Shown here one piece after another: positions 10,772 to 20,797 of a DNA stretch of 64,000 nt. The stretch spans positions 1-64,000 of the forward strand of contig CBDHDF010000007.1 of the NCBI GenBank assembly GCA_965261545.1. Direction: 5' to 3'. Positions within the stretch are counted from its first letter, which is position 1; every line of letters starts with the position of its first letter. The stretch is from Bdellovibrionales bacterium. Lineage in GTDB: Bacteria; Bdellovibrionota; Bdellovibrionia; Bdellovibrionales; UBA1609. The notes beneath the pieces were generated by a model. The model had not been told where the DNA came from. It searched no databases and worked only from the letters and a program-made list of their open reading frames with translations. The translations under genes and the position numbers were made by a program.

Positions 10772-12995
10772 AATCGATGAAAATTTTCGGAAAAACCTTT
10801 CCCAGGGGAGCTTTCCTTTGCCAAGGAGTCATATTTCTTTGGAGGAGGCAGGACTTAGGCCCTCTGAGTTTATTGACCTTTTTCAATCTCAAGTGGTTTC
10901 CAGGCATCTCGATTTGAAGGCCCGTGTCTTAAAAGGCAAGGGGCAGTGTTTTTACACCATTGGGAGTTCAGGTCATGAGGGAAACGCCGCTTGTGGTAAA
11001 GTCTTTGGTCTTAGAGATATGGCTTTTTTGCACTATCGGAGTGGTGCCTTTATGGTGCAGAGGTCCAAGTACTTGGAGGGCTGCAATTTCACCTACGATA
11101 CACTTTTGTCTCTTGTGGCTTCCAGTGAAGACCCAATCGCTGGAGGGCGTCACAAAGTTTGGGGAAGCTTTCCACTCAATGTCCCCCCCCAAACGAGCAC
11201 GATTGCCTCTCACCTTCCCAAGGCGGTGGGGGCGGCACTTTCCATAGGTCGAGCCAAGGATTTAGGGTTGGGTCCTGACATGGTTCGTCTCGATCACGAC
11301 AGTTTGATTGTTTGCTCTTTTGGGGATGCTTCGGTCAATCATTCCACGGCCCAAGGGGCTTTTAACGCTGCCAGCTGGGCTGCTTATCAAAACATTCCCA
11401 TTCCATTGGTTTTTATCTGTGAAGACAATCACATAGGAATATCTGTTCCCACGCCTGATCACTGGATTGAGGCTAGCTTTTCTCAGCGTCCAGGATGGCT
11501 TTACTTGCGGGCGGATGGGCTCAACCTGATGCAGGTGTATAGCAAGGCTTGCCAGGCAGGACACCATGCTCGCACATATAAGAAGCCTGTATTTCTCCAT
11601 ATAGATATGGTGCGTTTATTGGGCCATGCGGGCAGTGATGTGGAGAGTACTTACCGAAGTCTTGCTGACATTGAAAAGGAAGAGGCCCAAGACCCCCTGT
11701 TGCACTCGGCTCGGGAGATTTGTACCAAGGGGTGGCTTAGCACAGAAGAAATTCTTTCGATTTACGAGGAGGCAAGGGAGGAGGTGGATCGTCTGGCCCA
11801 AAAGGCTGTGTCCCGCCCAAAACTCACCATGGCCCATGAGGTGAGAGCGGCTTTGGAGTCTTGCGCCCATCCAAAAGTTTCCCCTCCTGTGGCGGAGGAA
11901 GGAGTGCGTGAAAAACTTTTTGGAAGAGATTATTCCAAGATGAAGGAGCCTTTTCATATGGCCAAACTTCTCAACTGGGCGCTCGCTGATATTTTACTTC
12001 AATACCCCCAAGCTTTGATTTTTGGAGAGGATGTGGCTCGAAAGGGAGGTGTTTACCATGTCACGGATAAATTGTCTCAAAAATTTGGTCAAAAAAGGGT
12101 TTTTAACTCTCTCCTCGATGAAACATCCATACTTGGTTCGGCCATAGGCTTGGCCCACAATGGTTTTCTTCCCTTGCCTGAGATTCAGTTTCTGGCTTAC
12201 GTGCACAATGCTGAGGATCAAATTCGTGGAGAGGCAGCGACTTTGGCCTTTTTCTCCCAGGGACAGTTTACCAATTCCATGGTGGTTCGCATTGCTGGAC
12301 TGGCTTATCAAAGTGGGTTTGGGGGGCATTTTCACAATGATAACTCTCTTGCGGCCCTAAGGGACATTCCCGGTGTGGTGTTGGCGGTTCCTTGCCGGGG
12401 GGACGATGCTGTCAAAATGCTGAGATCCTGTGTGCGCTTGGCCCATGAAAAAGGGCGGGTTGTCATTTTTGTGGAGCCCATTGCCCTTTACATGACCAAA
12501 GATCTTTATGAAGAGGGTGACAAAAAGTGGAGTTTTTCCTACCCGGCTCCCCAGGAAGAAATTTCTGTGGGAGAGTGGGGTACATACGGTGAAGGGGAGC
12601 TTTGTATTCTCACCTATGGCAATGGAACCTATTATTCTTTGCAGGCGAAAAAGGTTTTGGAGGAAAATCATAAGGTCAAGGCCAAGGTCATTGATCTTCG
12701 GTGGGTATCCCCCATAGATGACAAGAAGTTAGCCGTTGAAATAGAAGGAGTTCGGTATCTTTTGATTGTCGATGAGTGCCGCCGCACCGGGTCTTTAGGA
12801 GAAGCTCTTGTGAGTCACCTCTATGAGGCTAGGGTTTCTGTTTTTCAACACACTCCATCCCGGCCATTGCCTCTCTTGCCAAAACTAAAAGTTCTTGCTG
12901 CCGACGATTGCTTTATTCCCCTGGGAGTGGCTTCTGTGGCGGGGCTTCCTCAAAGGGATGATATTGTTCAGGCAAGCTTGGAACTCATATCATAG
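10755..12995 (+). CDS. 2-oxoacid (branched-chain) dehydrogenase E1, fused alpha and beta subunits, TPP-dependent
   Basis: YTIGSSGHEGN, GDAS..N TPP motif, RLLGHAGSD, FGEDVARKGGVY, EIQFLAY, FGGHFHNDNS. Confidence 0.92.
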   Translation: MIEFLRIDENFRKNLSQGSFPLPRSHISLEEAGLRPSEFIDLFQSQVVSRHLDLKARVLKGKGQCFYTIGSSGHEGNAACGKVFGLRDMAFLHYRSGAFMVQRSKYLEGCNFTYDTLLSLVASSEDPIAGGRHKVWGSFPLNVPPQTSTIASHLPKAVGAALSIGRAKDLGLGPDMVRLDHDSLIVCSFGDASVNHSTAQGAFNAASWAAYQNIPIPLVFICEDNHIGISVPTPDHWIEASFSQRPGWLYLRADGLNLMQVYSKACQAGHHARTYKKPVFLHIDMVRLLGHAGSDVESTYRSLADIEKEEAQDPLLHSAREICTKGWLSTEEILSIYEEAREEVDRLAQKAVSRPKLTMAHEVRAALESCAHPKVSPPVAEEGVREKLFGRDYSKMKEPFHMAKLLNWALADILLQYPQALIFGEDVARKGGVYHVTDKLSQKFGQKRVFNSLLDETSILGSAIGLAHNGFLPLPEIQFLAYVHNAEDQIRGEAATLAFFSQGQFTNSMVVRIAGLAYQSGFGGHFHNDNSLAALRDIPGVVLAVPCRGDDAVKMLRSCVRLAHEKGRVVIFVEPIALYMTKDLYEEGDKKWSFSYPAPQEEISVGEWGTYGEGELCILTYGNGTYYSLQAKKVLEENHKVKAKVIDLRWVSPIDDKKLAVEIEGVRYLLIVDECRRTGSLGEALVSHLYEARVSVFQHTPSRPLPLLPKLKVLAADDCFIPLGVASVAGLPQRDDIVQASLELIS

Positions 12996-13307
12996 TTTGT
13001 ATATGACTGTGGATGCGTGGCTTTTTACTATTGTTGTTGTGAACGAGGTGAGGCGGTGGACTTGCTGTGGTGGTATTTGTCGTCGTCAGGTGGATATTCG
13101 TTGGGGGGCTTTTGTATAAATCTAAATGGAAGCTTTCTTGACAAGAGATTGTTTAGTAGACTATGGACGTGTGTGGGGCTTCTGGTTGCTGAAAAGGGAG
13201 GTAGTTTGCTGTATTTGCAGAAATACGTGAATGATCTTAATAAGAATGATTTTAATAAGATCATTCTTATTAAGCATGTAAACTATCTTATAGACCTTAT
13301 AAGCCTT

Positions 13308-14072
13308 ATGAACAGATATTTCATTCACTTGGCTTTTTTTATCCTGATTGCTTGCTTCCTTGGAGGTTGTTCCTCTTTTCATAAGAGTGCAGAGAAGAAA
13401 AGGGCTCAACTTCATTTAAAAATGGGCGTGGGTTATCTTTCTAAAGGCGATCACCCCAATGCCCTCAATCAATTTATTTTGGCGGCCCAACTTGACGCCA
13501 AAGATCCTGTGATACAGCACAATTTAGGCTTGGCCTACTTTGCTAGAAAGAGATATGTGAGGGCTGAAGAGTACTTAAGGAGAGCTGTTGAACTCGAAGC
13601 TGGATACACAGAAGCTCGCAACAATCTAGGGAGAAGTCTCATTGAGCTATCTATGTATAAAGAAGCAATTCAAGAGTTGGAAACAGCTCGAAGAGACCTT
13701 ACCTTTCCTTATGTAGAAAAAACCTTGGCTTACTTGGGGATTGCTTATTTTAAGCTGGGTCGTTTTAAGAAGTCCATTCAATTTTTCAAAGAGGCTTTGC
13801 TCATAAAGCCTACGGATTGCACATCTCAAAATTTTCTGGGGAGATCCTACTTTGAATTAAAACAATTCTCACGGGCGACCCGAACTCTCGATCGTGCCAT
13901 CACTTTGTGTCAAGGTGTTGCCTTTGACGAGCCCTATTACTACTCGGCTCTTGGCTATTATCAAATGGGACAAACAGGCCATGCCATAGCTAAGCTTGAG
14001 GCTCTTATTCGTCAACTTCCCCGTGGTGCCCATGTGGATCATGCTCATAGGTTATTAAGAATACTGGAATAA
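13308..14072 (+). CDS. Type IV pilus biogenesis TPR lipoprotein (PilF/PilW/Tgl-like)
   Basis: ATG at 13308 gives a lipoprotein signal (FLGGC) followed by TPR repeats (HNLGLAY, ARNNLG); pilF-rodZ synteny. Confidence 0.8.
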   Translation: MNRYFIHLAFFILIACFLGGCSSFHKSAEKKRAQLHLKMGVGYLSKGDHPNALNQFILAAQLDAKDPVIQHNLGLAYFARKRYVRAEEYLRRAVELEAGYTEARNNLGRSLIELSMYKEAIQELETARRDLTFPYVEKTLAYLGIAYFKLGRFKKSIQFFKEALLIKPTDCTSQNFLGRSYFELKQFSRATRTLDRAITLCQGVAFDEPYYYSALGYYQMGQTGHAIAKLEALIRQLPRGAHVDHAHRLLRILE

Positions 14073-14147
14073 AAGATAAAGATAAGAATACTGGAATAAA
14101 AATAAAATTAATGATGTGAAGTCATGATATGAAGTCGGAAAAATAAC

Positions 14148-15446
14148 ATGAAGGCTGTTGGTAAGAAATTACAGCAAAGAAGAGAGGAGCTAGATCACTC
14201 GCTCAGTGATGTGTCTTTGTCTACAAAAATTTCAGTGAGAGTTCTTGAGGCTATTGAGCAAGGGAACAAGTCTTTGATGCCCCCTTTGCCTTACTTCAAG
14301 GGTTTTGTGCGTACTTATTCAAAGTACTTAAAGCTTGATTCCAATGAGATCATTGAACTTCTCAATCAAGAGCTTGTCGCTGAGGAACTTGATCTCTTCC
14401 TAGAGAATCCCCATGAATTCTCTCCTCAAGAAGCGAAGCCTCAGTCAGACGTAGAAGCTCATGCTAAACAGAGTTTGAAAAAACAGAGTCAGAAAGGGGC
14501 TCATCCTCAGGGGACTCAAGGCCCATCTGTAGAGCAGGTAGACCAGCCAGATCAAAGGGCTCTTCCCAATGACTTCTCACAAGGCTCCTTGGGTAGGCAT
14601 CTTTTGGTGTTGGGGGTTTTCATGGTTCTGATTATATTCTTTGGTGTAGGAGTGACTAAGTGGCTTGATATGAGGGGGGGGCAAGGCTCTGTGGATCAGG
14701 TGAGTTTGTCGCAGCCTTCTTTAAGGAAACCAAGTGCCAAATCAACAGACTCAGCACTTCAGAATTTAGAAGGTTCTAAGAAGTTTACTGGAGCTAACGA
14801 GGGTTTAAAATCTAAAAAAAGTCGTCATAAAGAAAAAGAAGTAGGGGCACACAACAGGGAACCGCGACGTACAATCTCCAAAGCGTCTGCATTGCCTCCG
14901 GTGCCTCCAGCACCTTCTTCGCTGCCTACGCCATCCAAAGCGTCTTCATTGCCGGTGCCTCCAGCACCTTCGCTGCCTACGCCCTCCAAAGCGTCTTTAC
15001 CACCTCCAGTACCTCCGCCTTCAGCACCTTCTAGAGCTAGATTGCCCGTTGAAAGCAGCACTCAGGCGACTATCTCTTCGAGTTCTTCGAGGTCACATCA
15101 AAACAGGGATAAAGCTGAGAAAAACAAAGATAAACCTGATACCAAAGTGAAGGTAACTCAAATGGGGGACGGATTGGCTCCTTCTTCTTCATCTGCAAAC
15201 CTAAGAAAAGCAAGGGTTCAAGAAGTTATTGTGGAGGCTCTTGACAATGTTGATGTTCAATTTAAATTTAGCTCTCAGTCCTTCAAATCTATTCACCTCA
15301 AATCAAAGCAGATCCATACTTTTAAGTTTTCTAAGAAAATGACTTTTCTTTTCAGCAATGGTCATGGCGTGAGGGTTTTTCTCAATGGCAAGGCTTACAA
15401 AGTGCCTGGAGCCTCTCGGCAATCGACGATGCTGCAAGTTCCATAA
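14148..15446 (+). CDS. RodZ-like HTH membrane protein with Pro/Ser-rich repeat linker
   Basis: VGKKLQQRRE...AIEQG...YFKGFVRTYSKYL HTH_25 pattern, one TM helix, C-terminal GNGxGV-like DUF4115 domain; SKAS-LPPVPPAPS repeats at ~14875-15030. Confidence 0.85.
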   Translation: MKAVGKKLQQRREELDHSLSDVSLSTKISVRVLEAIEQGNKSLMPPLPYFKGFVRTYSKYLKLDSNEIIELLNQELVAEELDLFLENPHEFSPQEAKPQSDVEAHAKQSLKKQSQKGAHPQGTQGPSVEQVDQPDQRALPNDFSQGSLGRHLLVLGVFMVLIIFFGVGVTKWLDMRGGQGSVDQVSLSQPSLRKPSAKSTDSALQNLEGSKKFTGANEGLKSKKSRHKEKEVGAHNREPRRTISKASALPPVPPAPSSLPTPSKASSLPVPPAPSLPTPSKASLPPPVPPPSAPSRARLPVESSTQATISSSSSRSHQNRDKAEKNKDKPDTKVKVTQMGDGLAPSSSSANLRKARVQEVIVEALDNVDVQFKFSSQSFKSIHLKSKQIHTFKFSKKMTFLFSNGHGVRVFLNGKAYKVPGASRQSTMLQVP

Positions 15447-15509
15447 AATTTCTTCTTTTATTTTCTAAAAGAATGATATCTTCTAAAAGTGATATGTAGG
15501 ATTCCATAT

Positions 15510-16718
15510 ATGAAAGCCATTGTTCGTTATTTACTCATTATCATCATGATATATCTTTTTTACGGTTTGAGCATTAGCTTTTATCGTCCCCATGTGATGA
15601 ATAAAAAATTAAATCCTCAGGAATCAGAGAATTTTTATGATTATAAAGGTATTATTAATGTACATAGCTCTATGAGTACGGGGGTTGGTGGAATTCAAGA
15701 AATTATACTTGAGGCCCAAAAAGCTGAGGTGAAGTTTATTTTTATAACAGACCTTAATCTTCCTTTAAAATCACGTGAATTTTCTGGATATCATGATCGT
15801 CTTTTCGTTTTTATTGATGGTGAATACAGTTACTTAGATTCACGTATTTTATATTTAAACGAGCGAGCCATGGAGACGTCATTTATTGACAGACCCATCC
15901 AAATGGTTCTTGCCAACTTGCTAAGCCAAAAGCATCGACCTGATAAGGATGGAAAGCTTATTTTAGCTCATCCTTTTAAAGAGGGATATCAGTGGAGGGG
16001 AGAGCATCCCCAAGGGCTTGATGGTATTGAGATTGTCAATCTCAAAGCTATTTGGAAAGATGCTTGGCTCAATACTATATGGAACTTTCTTTGGACATTG
16101 ATGGTTTATCCCTTCAATCCCGATTTAGCTTTTATTCGCCTCCTTACTTATCCAGAAAAAGAAATTGAACTTTGGGATAAGCTGAGCCAAAAGAGAAAGA
16201 CTCTGGCTGTTGCAGGGGCTGATGCGAAATCTAAATTTAATTTTCTAAAAGATCACCTTAATATTCCATCCTACGAAACTTTGTTCGGATTGGTGAGTAA
16301 CCATATTCTTTTGAAATCTGAGCTTACGGGAAGAACTTCTAAAGATAGGCTAAAAATATCCCAAGCGATATCTCAAGGTCAATTTTATATGAGCTTTGAT
16401 ATTCTTGCAAACCCGAAAGGTTTTAATGTATTTATGAGTACAGAGAATCAAAGTCATATACCCATGGGGTCCGATGTCTCTTTGGAGAAGAGGCCTCATC
16501 TTTATGTGGTTTTGCCTCAAGACTTGGAAAGTCCTTTTGAGATCATTGTATATAGAAATGGAAAGAAGTATTTAAGTTCTGATTTGACTCAGATTAGTAT
16601 CCCTGTCCATGAGCCGGGTGTTTACAGGGTTTTTGTGAGAGTTCGTCTTACTCTCCCCCTTCCTGATGGAAAGAGGTGGATACCTTGGATATTTACAAAC
16701 CCCTTTTATGTGGAATAA
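15510..16718 (+). CDS. PHP-family metallohydrolase, membrane-anchored
   Basis: GIINVHS, ITD, LAHP, DGIEIVN, GADA and WIFTNPFYV motifs; several metal-ligand His residues appear substituted. Confidence 0.75.
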   Translation: MKAIVRYLLIIIMIYLFYGLSISFYRPHVMNKKLNPQESENFYDYKGIINVHSSMSTGVGGIQEIILEAQKAEVKFIFITDLNLPLKSREFSGYHDRLFVFIDGEYSYLDSRILYLNERAMETSFIDRPIQMVLANLLSQKHRPDKDGKLILAHPFKEGYQWRGEHPQGLDGIEIVNLKAIWKDAWLNTIWNFLWTLMVYPFNPDLAFIRLLTYPEKEIELWDKLSQKRKTLAVAGADAKSKFNFLKDHLNIPSYETLFGLVSNHILLKSELTGRTSKDRLKISQAISQGQFYMSFDILANPKGFNVFMSTENQSHIPMGSDVSLEKRPHLYVVLPQDLESPFEIIVYRNGKKYLSSDLTQISIPVHEPGVYRVFVRVRLTLPLPDGKRWIPWIFTNPFYVE

Positions 16719-16823
16719 AGCACACAATAATATGTGCAGTAAAGTACGCAATAAGATGAGAGATTATATGCAACAGGGGAGAAGGTTGTGCCCAACATGG
16801 GAATAAGGGTGAGTCCTTTGAAC

Positions 16824-17288
16824 TTAGATCTGTGTGACGAGGTAGTTTTCAATACCTATGTCCTTAATAATACGCAATTGTGACTCCAGCCAGTCCACAT
16901 GCTCTTCTTCACTTGTTAAGATATGCTCTAGCATCTCGCGGGTGCCGTGGTCACTGACCTGTGAACAAAGCTCGATGCCTTTGCGGAGCCGGGGTATGGC
17001 TTCGTTTTCCAATTGAAGGTCTTTAGCTAAGAGCTCAGGCACAGTCTCGCCAATTCGTATTTGGCCCAGTCGTTGCACATTGGGCAGGCCCTCTAAAAAA
17101 AGAACACGGTCTATCAATTCTTGGGCATGTTTCATTTCGTCGATGGATTCCCGATGGATTTTATCGGCAAGCTTTGTATATCCCCAATCTTTGCATATGC
17201 GGCCATGGAGAAAGTATTGGTTAATGGCGGTAAGTTCAGCTGTTAAAACTTCGTTTAACAAGTCAATGATAGAATTATGACCCTTCAT
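16824..17288 (-). CDS. bfr: Bacterioferritin
   Basis: ELTAINQYFLH, ESIDEMKHA (heme Met), EEEHVDWLE ferroxidase ligands. Confidence 0.97.
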   Translation of the reverse strand: MKGHNSIIDLLNEVLTAELTAINQYFLHGRICKDWGYTKLADKIHRESIDEMKHAQELIDRVLFLEGLPNVQRLGQIRIGETVPELLAKDLQLENEAIPRLRKGIELCSQVSDHGTREMLEHILTSEEEHVDWLESQLRIIKDIGIENYLVTQI

Positions 17289-17693
17289 GATGATGTCTCT
17301 CCTTACTGTGTATGTTTCTCTGTCGAGTATGTTTTTCTGTCATGTTGTATTTGGGTTTAGCTGTAAGTGCCTAGAGCCTAGATTTACAGATACTAAAATT
17401 AAGTCCTCGATTGTTGAAAGTCAATTGATAATATTGGCGAGGGTCTTCGTTAAATCATCAATAACGCATGGAATAAAACGACTTGAGGCAATTCATGGGT
17501 CATTCAGGTCGTTTACATTCAAAGGTATTTCAGTCAATCCGATCCGACTTCGGACGGGAGGGCGAAACCTTTCCTTAAGTGTATGGAGAATCAAACCGTT
17601 ATGTAATAAGTGGGTTCTAAAGAACAGGGCTTTTGCATGGTGGTGTTGGCTTCTTAGCTATCTCCTTTTAGGAGTATGCTATAGGTAGTATGT

Positions 17694-18416
17694 ATGATAA
17701 GGAGGTTGTCATTGTTTTCGTCTATCGTGGAATTTTGGAACAATTGTTACAAAGAAACTTTTGCCGAGTCATCTTGGTTTCAAAAGCTCGAAGGTGGTGA
17801 ACTGTCTTTGCCCCATTACAAGGGTTTTTTGCTGGAGACCTATCATCAAGCAGCTTTAAATCCTGCCATACAGGCTTTTTGTTTGATGCACATGCAGGAG
17901 CACCTTCAGCACCGTACAGAAAAGATGTTTCTCAAGCATGCGATTTCAGAAATTGGGCACGATACTCTTGCCCTTAATGACTTAGTGGCTCTAGGGGAGG
18001 ATAAAGAGGCTATTCAAAGTAGTCGTCCTTTGCCAGAAACCATGGCTTACAGTGCTTACATTATTTACAAAATTCAATTTGAAAATCCTCTTTCTTATTT
18101 AGGTTATTTATTCCACTTAGAAAAGTTGCCGACACAAAAGGGACCCTCTTATATGAGGTCCTTGAGTGATATGGGGGTGCCCAATGAGGCCATGGGTTTT
18201 TTGGAGGAGCATGCGGCTGTGGATATTGCTCACCTTCGGCTGATGGAAGAATATGTGAGTGCATTGGTGGTGAATCAGAAATCTTTGGATGTGGTTTTGT
18301 GTGCTATCAAGGATACATGTCGTTTGCATCTATTGATGATTGAGGCTGCCTTTGCCAATGGCGAAAACAGTGAATCCTTTCTCAAAGAGACTCCTCTTAC
18401 AAAAGTGGCCGTTTGA
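17694..18416 (+). CDS. Heme-oxygenase-like diiron ('iron-containing redox enzyme', TenA/PqqC/CADD-like) protein
   Basis: Helical protein with KHAISEIGH, YLFHLE and FLEEHAAVDIAH ligand sets. Confidence 0.75.
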   Translation: MIRRLSLFSSIVEFWNNCYKETFAESSWFQKLEGGELSLPHYKGFLLETYHQAALNPAIQAFCLMHMQEHLQHRTEKMFLKHAISEIGHDTLALNDLVALGEDKEAIQSSRPLPETMAYSAYIIYKIQFENPLSYLGYLFHLEKLPTQKGPSYMRSLSDMGVPNEAMGFLEEHAAVDIAHLRLMEEYVSALVVNQKSLDVVLCAIKDTCRLHLLMIEAAFANGENSESFLKETPLTKVAV

Positions 18417-18698
18417 TCCAACTTGACGGACATGAAGATGCGTAGATCTATGTCCTCGTCCTAACTTTAGTTTAAGCCCTGGCCTCAAGGGACCCAAATC
18501 ATAATATGGTACCCTAGGTTGAGCATTATGATTAAATATTAAATATCAAATAAAACCGTTGGACAAGCATAGCAGTACATGCAATATAATTATTACATTG
18601 GTTTTACCTAGACCCATGTGAATGTGTGGGGTGGCATGGCGGGTTATGTCTATAGTACATAGAGCAAAGGGAAAACAGCAAACAGCGAGGGGGTAGAA

Positions 18699-19793
18699 AT
18701 GTCTAGGGTTATCATAGAAGAATTGAATTCACAAAAATTTAGGGGATGCGTAGAAAAATCAGGGCTTGTGTTGGTGTCTATCACATCAAAAATGGCCTCT
18801 TTTTTTGTTGTTCTCTTCATGGGTCTTTCTGGGGCTTTCATAGCTCATGCAGCAGGCCCTGGCCATCATCATGATGATGATGATGATGGTGGTTATATTG
18901 AGGAAAAAAGAACTTACAATGATAAAAAAAACCATACTGTTGATGGAGAATCGAAAGGGCGAGCAAGAGGACGAATTTCGGATCGTCTTGCGCGTCCAAA
19001 TCGCTATCCCATTGACATGGGTGGTGATGAGATTTTTGATGGGCAAACCATTGATCTCAAGCAACTCCTTCGTGACACCTATGGCCGTAGAGGTTGGAAA
19101 GGATCTCGTATCGTCCGAGTGAGGGTGGTGGCAAAAAGCCAATATGGAGCTGCACGCGTGGCTCTTGTTATTAAGGGTGACCGAGGTGAGAATGGAGGAG
19201 GTCGAAGGGGCGGCAGCAATAAAGTGGATTCCCAGTTCATCAGTGGGAATAGTTACGACTGGAATGATAACTCAAGGTATACTTTCCATAAAGTCACCCT
19301 TTACAACCACCAAGAGCGTATGGGGCGTCGGTGGCGTCTTCGCTTTCGGGGGGACCGTGTTAAGGTGAGAAGAATTGTCGTTGTCACTGAGGGCCGTCGA
19401 GGTGGTGATGATGCTCCCTTCACTTCCATCCCCTTGGGGACATACACCATTGAGAAGTCCTTTTTTAAACCCAGCTATTATAGCATTCCTGTCCATCGTT
19501 CAGGGGTGAAAGGCTTTCAGTTTACTTGCCATAAAAGGTCCATGGATATTTATTCTGTGAATATGGTTCTCAGCGATGGTTCTTTTGTACCCTTATATGA
19601 TCTTGCAGGTTTTTGCCGTTCAGGTGACGTAAAAACAGCTTATTTTGATACGGAATGGGTGAGAGAGCTTCGTGTGGATGCCATATCTACATCCATCACT
19701 GGCAGTCGTGGAAGGCTTGAAGTTCAGGGTTTTCAATCTTTCTTCCGTGATCCCCGTGATGGGCTTAGATATCCGGGGCCTAGATATCCGTAA
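18699..19793 (+). CDS. Secreted hypothetical protein, beta-sandwich-like, with a His/Asp tract
   Basis: Signal peptide (MASFFVVLFMGLSGAFIAHA, start likely ~18792), HHHDDDDD tract, Arg/Gly-rich beta-strand segments. Confidence 0.6.
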   Translation: MSRVIIEELNSQKFRGCVEKSGLVLVSITSKMASFFVVLFMGLSGAFIAHAAGPGHHHDDDDDGGYIEEKRTYNDKKNHTVDGESKGRARGRISDRLARPNRYPIDMGGDEIFDGQTIDLKQLLRDTYGRRGWKGSRIVRVRVVAKSQYGAARVALVIKGDRGENGGGRRGGSNKVDSQFISGNSYDWNDNSRYTFHKVTLYNHQERMGRRWRLRFRGDRVKVRRIVVVTEGRRGGDDAPFTSIPLGTYTIEKSFFKPSYYSIPVHRSGVKGFQFTCHKRSMDIYSVNMVLSDGSFVPLYDLAGFCRSGDVKTAYFDTEWVRELRVDAISTSITGSRGRLEVQGFQSFFRDPRDGLRYPGPRYP

Positions 19794-20743
19794 TAATGAG
19801 GATGATGAGGGGTGAGACCAAATTGAAGTTTCACCCTTTTTTTTGATTTTAGGTTTGACTGTAGATTTGATTTTAAAAATGTTCCCCAAAGAATATCCCA
19901 AATAGCAAGGCAAACTCCCAGATTTTTATCTCGATGCTCTATTTTGTTACTATGGTGAATTTGGTGTTGAGCTGGGCTGATAAACACATATTCGAAGACT
20001 CCAAAGCTCATCCAAATATGGGAGTGGCGGAGGTTGGCTCCGAAGGCATTGAATAAGAAGCCAAGAATATTGACACCTAAAATATCAAACCCATGTATAG
20101 GTGCCTGAAAAAGATAAACATAGAGGCTGGATGGAATAACAACGGCCAGGGACGATCGGGCCATGCTCACCAATATTTCCCCAGGGTGAACCCGATAGAG
20201 GGTGAGGGGCGTGAGAACTTTGGCGCTGTGGTGAACTTTGTGAAAGACCCACAAGAAAGGGATTTTGTGCATGAGGTAGTGTTGTATAAAACGCATGAAA
20301 TCAAGAAAAACAAAGGCAAAGAGGGTGTAGGAAAGGCCCATGACAAATTCATTTGTGCTTAGGGGAGAAATATCTCCTCCATAATCTCTTAGTATCTTTA
20401 GAAAAAAATGAGAAAGGGAGTGAGAAGAGAGCAAAAAGCTTGCAAAAAGGCTTAAAAAAATCAGTTTGATGACATGGTTGAAAAGAAAGAGTTTGAGGTC
20501 TAGGATGGAGGATGGATGAAGCCAAATCTCTTTGCTGAAAAGCCCCTTTTTGAGAGCTTCCCAAGGTTTTTTTTCTCCACGAGCCCATAACACCCACAAT
20601 GCTAAAAGCACGCTGAGTAGCAGAAAGGGGCCATAAACTCGTTCTGTTGGGTTTACAAAATGATTCACCATAAAATGATCCAAATGATCTATCATCTGGG
20701 CTATAAAATCATTATTGAAATCATTTATCTTAAGGCCACTCAT
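19733..20743 (-). CDS. Sterol desaturase / fatty acid hydroxylase family membrane diiron enzyme
   Basis: His boxes HYLMH, HKVHH, RHSH and HQIHH; multiple TM segments; KNLG..LAIWD.LWGT. Confidence 0.9.
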   Translation of the reverse strand: MSGLKINDFNNDFIAQMIDHLDHFMVNHFVNPTERVYGPFLLLSVLLALWVLWARGEKKPWEALKKGLFSKEIWLHPSSILDLKLFLFNHVIKLIFLSLFASFLLSSHSLSHFFLKILRDYGGDISPLSTNEFVMGLSYTLFAFVFLDFMRFIQHYLMHKIPFLWVFHKVHHSAKVLTPLTLYRVHPGEILVSMARSSLAVVIPSSLYVYLFQAPIHGFDILGVNILGFLFNAFGANLRHSHIWMSFGVFEYVFISPAQHQIHHSNKIEHRDKNLGVCLAIWDILWGTFLKSNLQSNLKSKKRVKLQFGLTPHHPHYYGYLGPGYLSPSRGSRKKD

Positions 20744-20797
20744 CCTAAATCATCCATTGTAAAAGATCTGTCAACATCTACAAAAGAGTCACCAATA

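Noticed and set aside
13017..13307. N-terminal 97 codons of the PilF ORF
   Set aside because: The lipoprotein signal starts at ATG 13308; the upstream stretch looks like promoter or intergenic sequence.
17521..17572. Hammerhead ribozyme or c-di-GMP riboswitch (GGCGAAACC)
   Set aside because: No CTGANGA core and no GEMM second-hairpin consensus; kept only as an unassigned structure.
17287..17688. 133-aa plus-strand ORF, or a bfd ferredoxin next to bfr
   Set aside because: No recognisable domain or Bfd cysteine pattern; it overlaps the likely regulatory region.
19733..19793. 61-bp convergent overlap of the desaturase and secreted-protein genes
   Set aside because: Probably a non-conserved C-terminal tail extension; no evidence of function.
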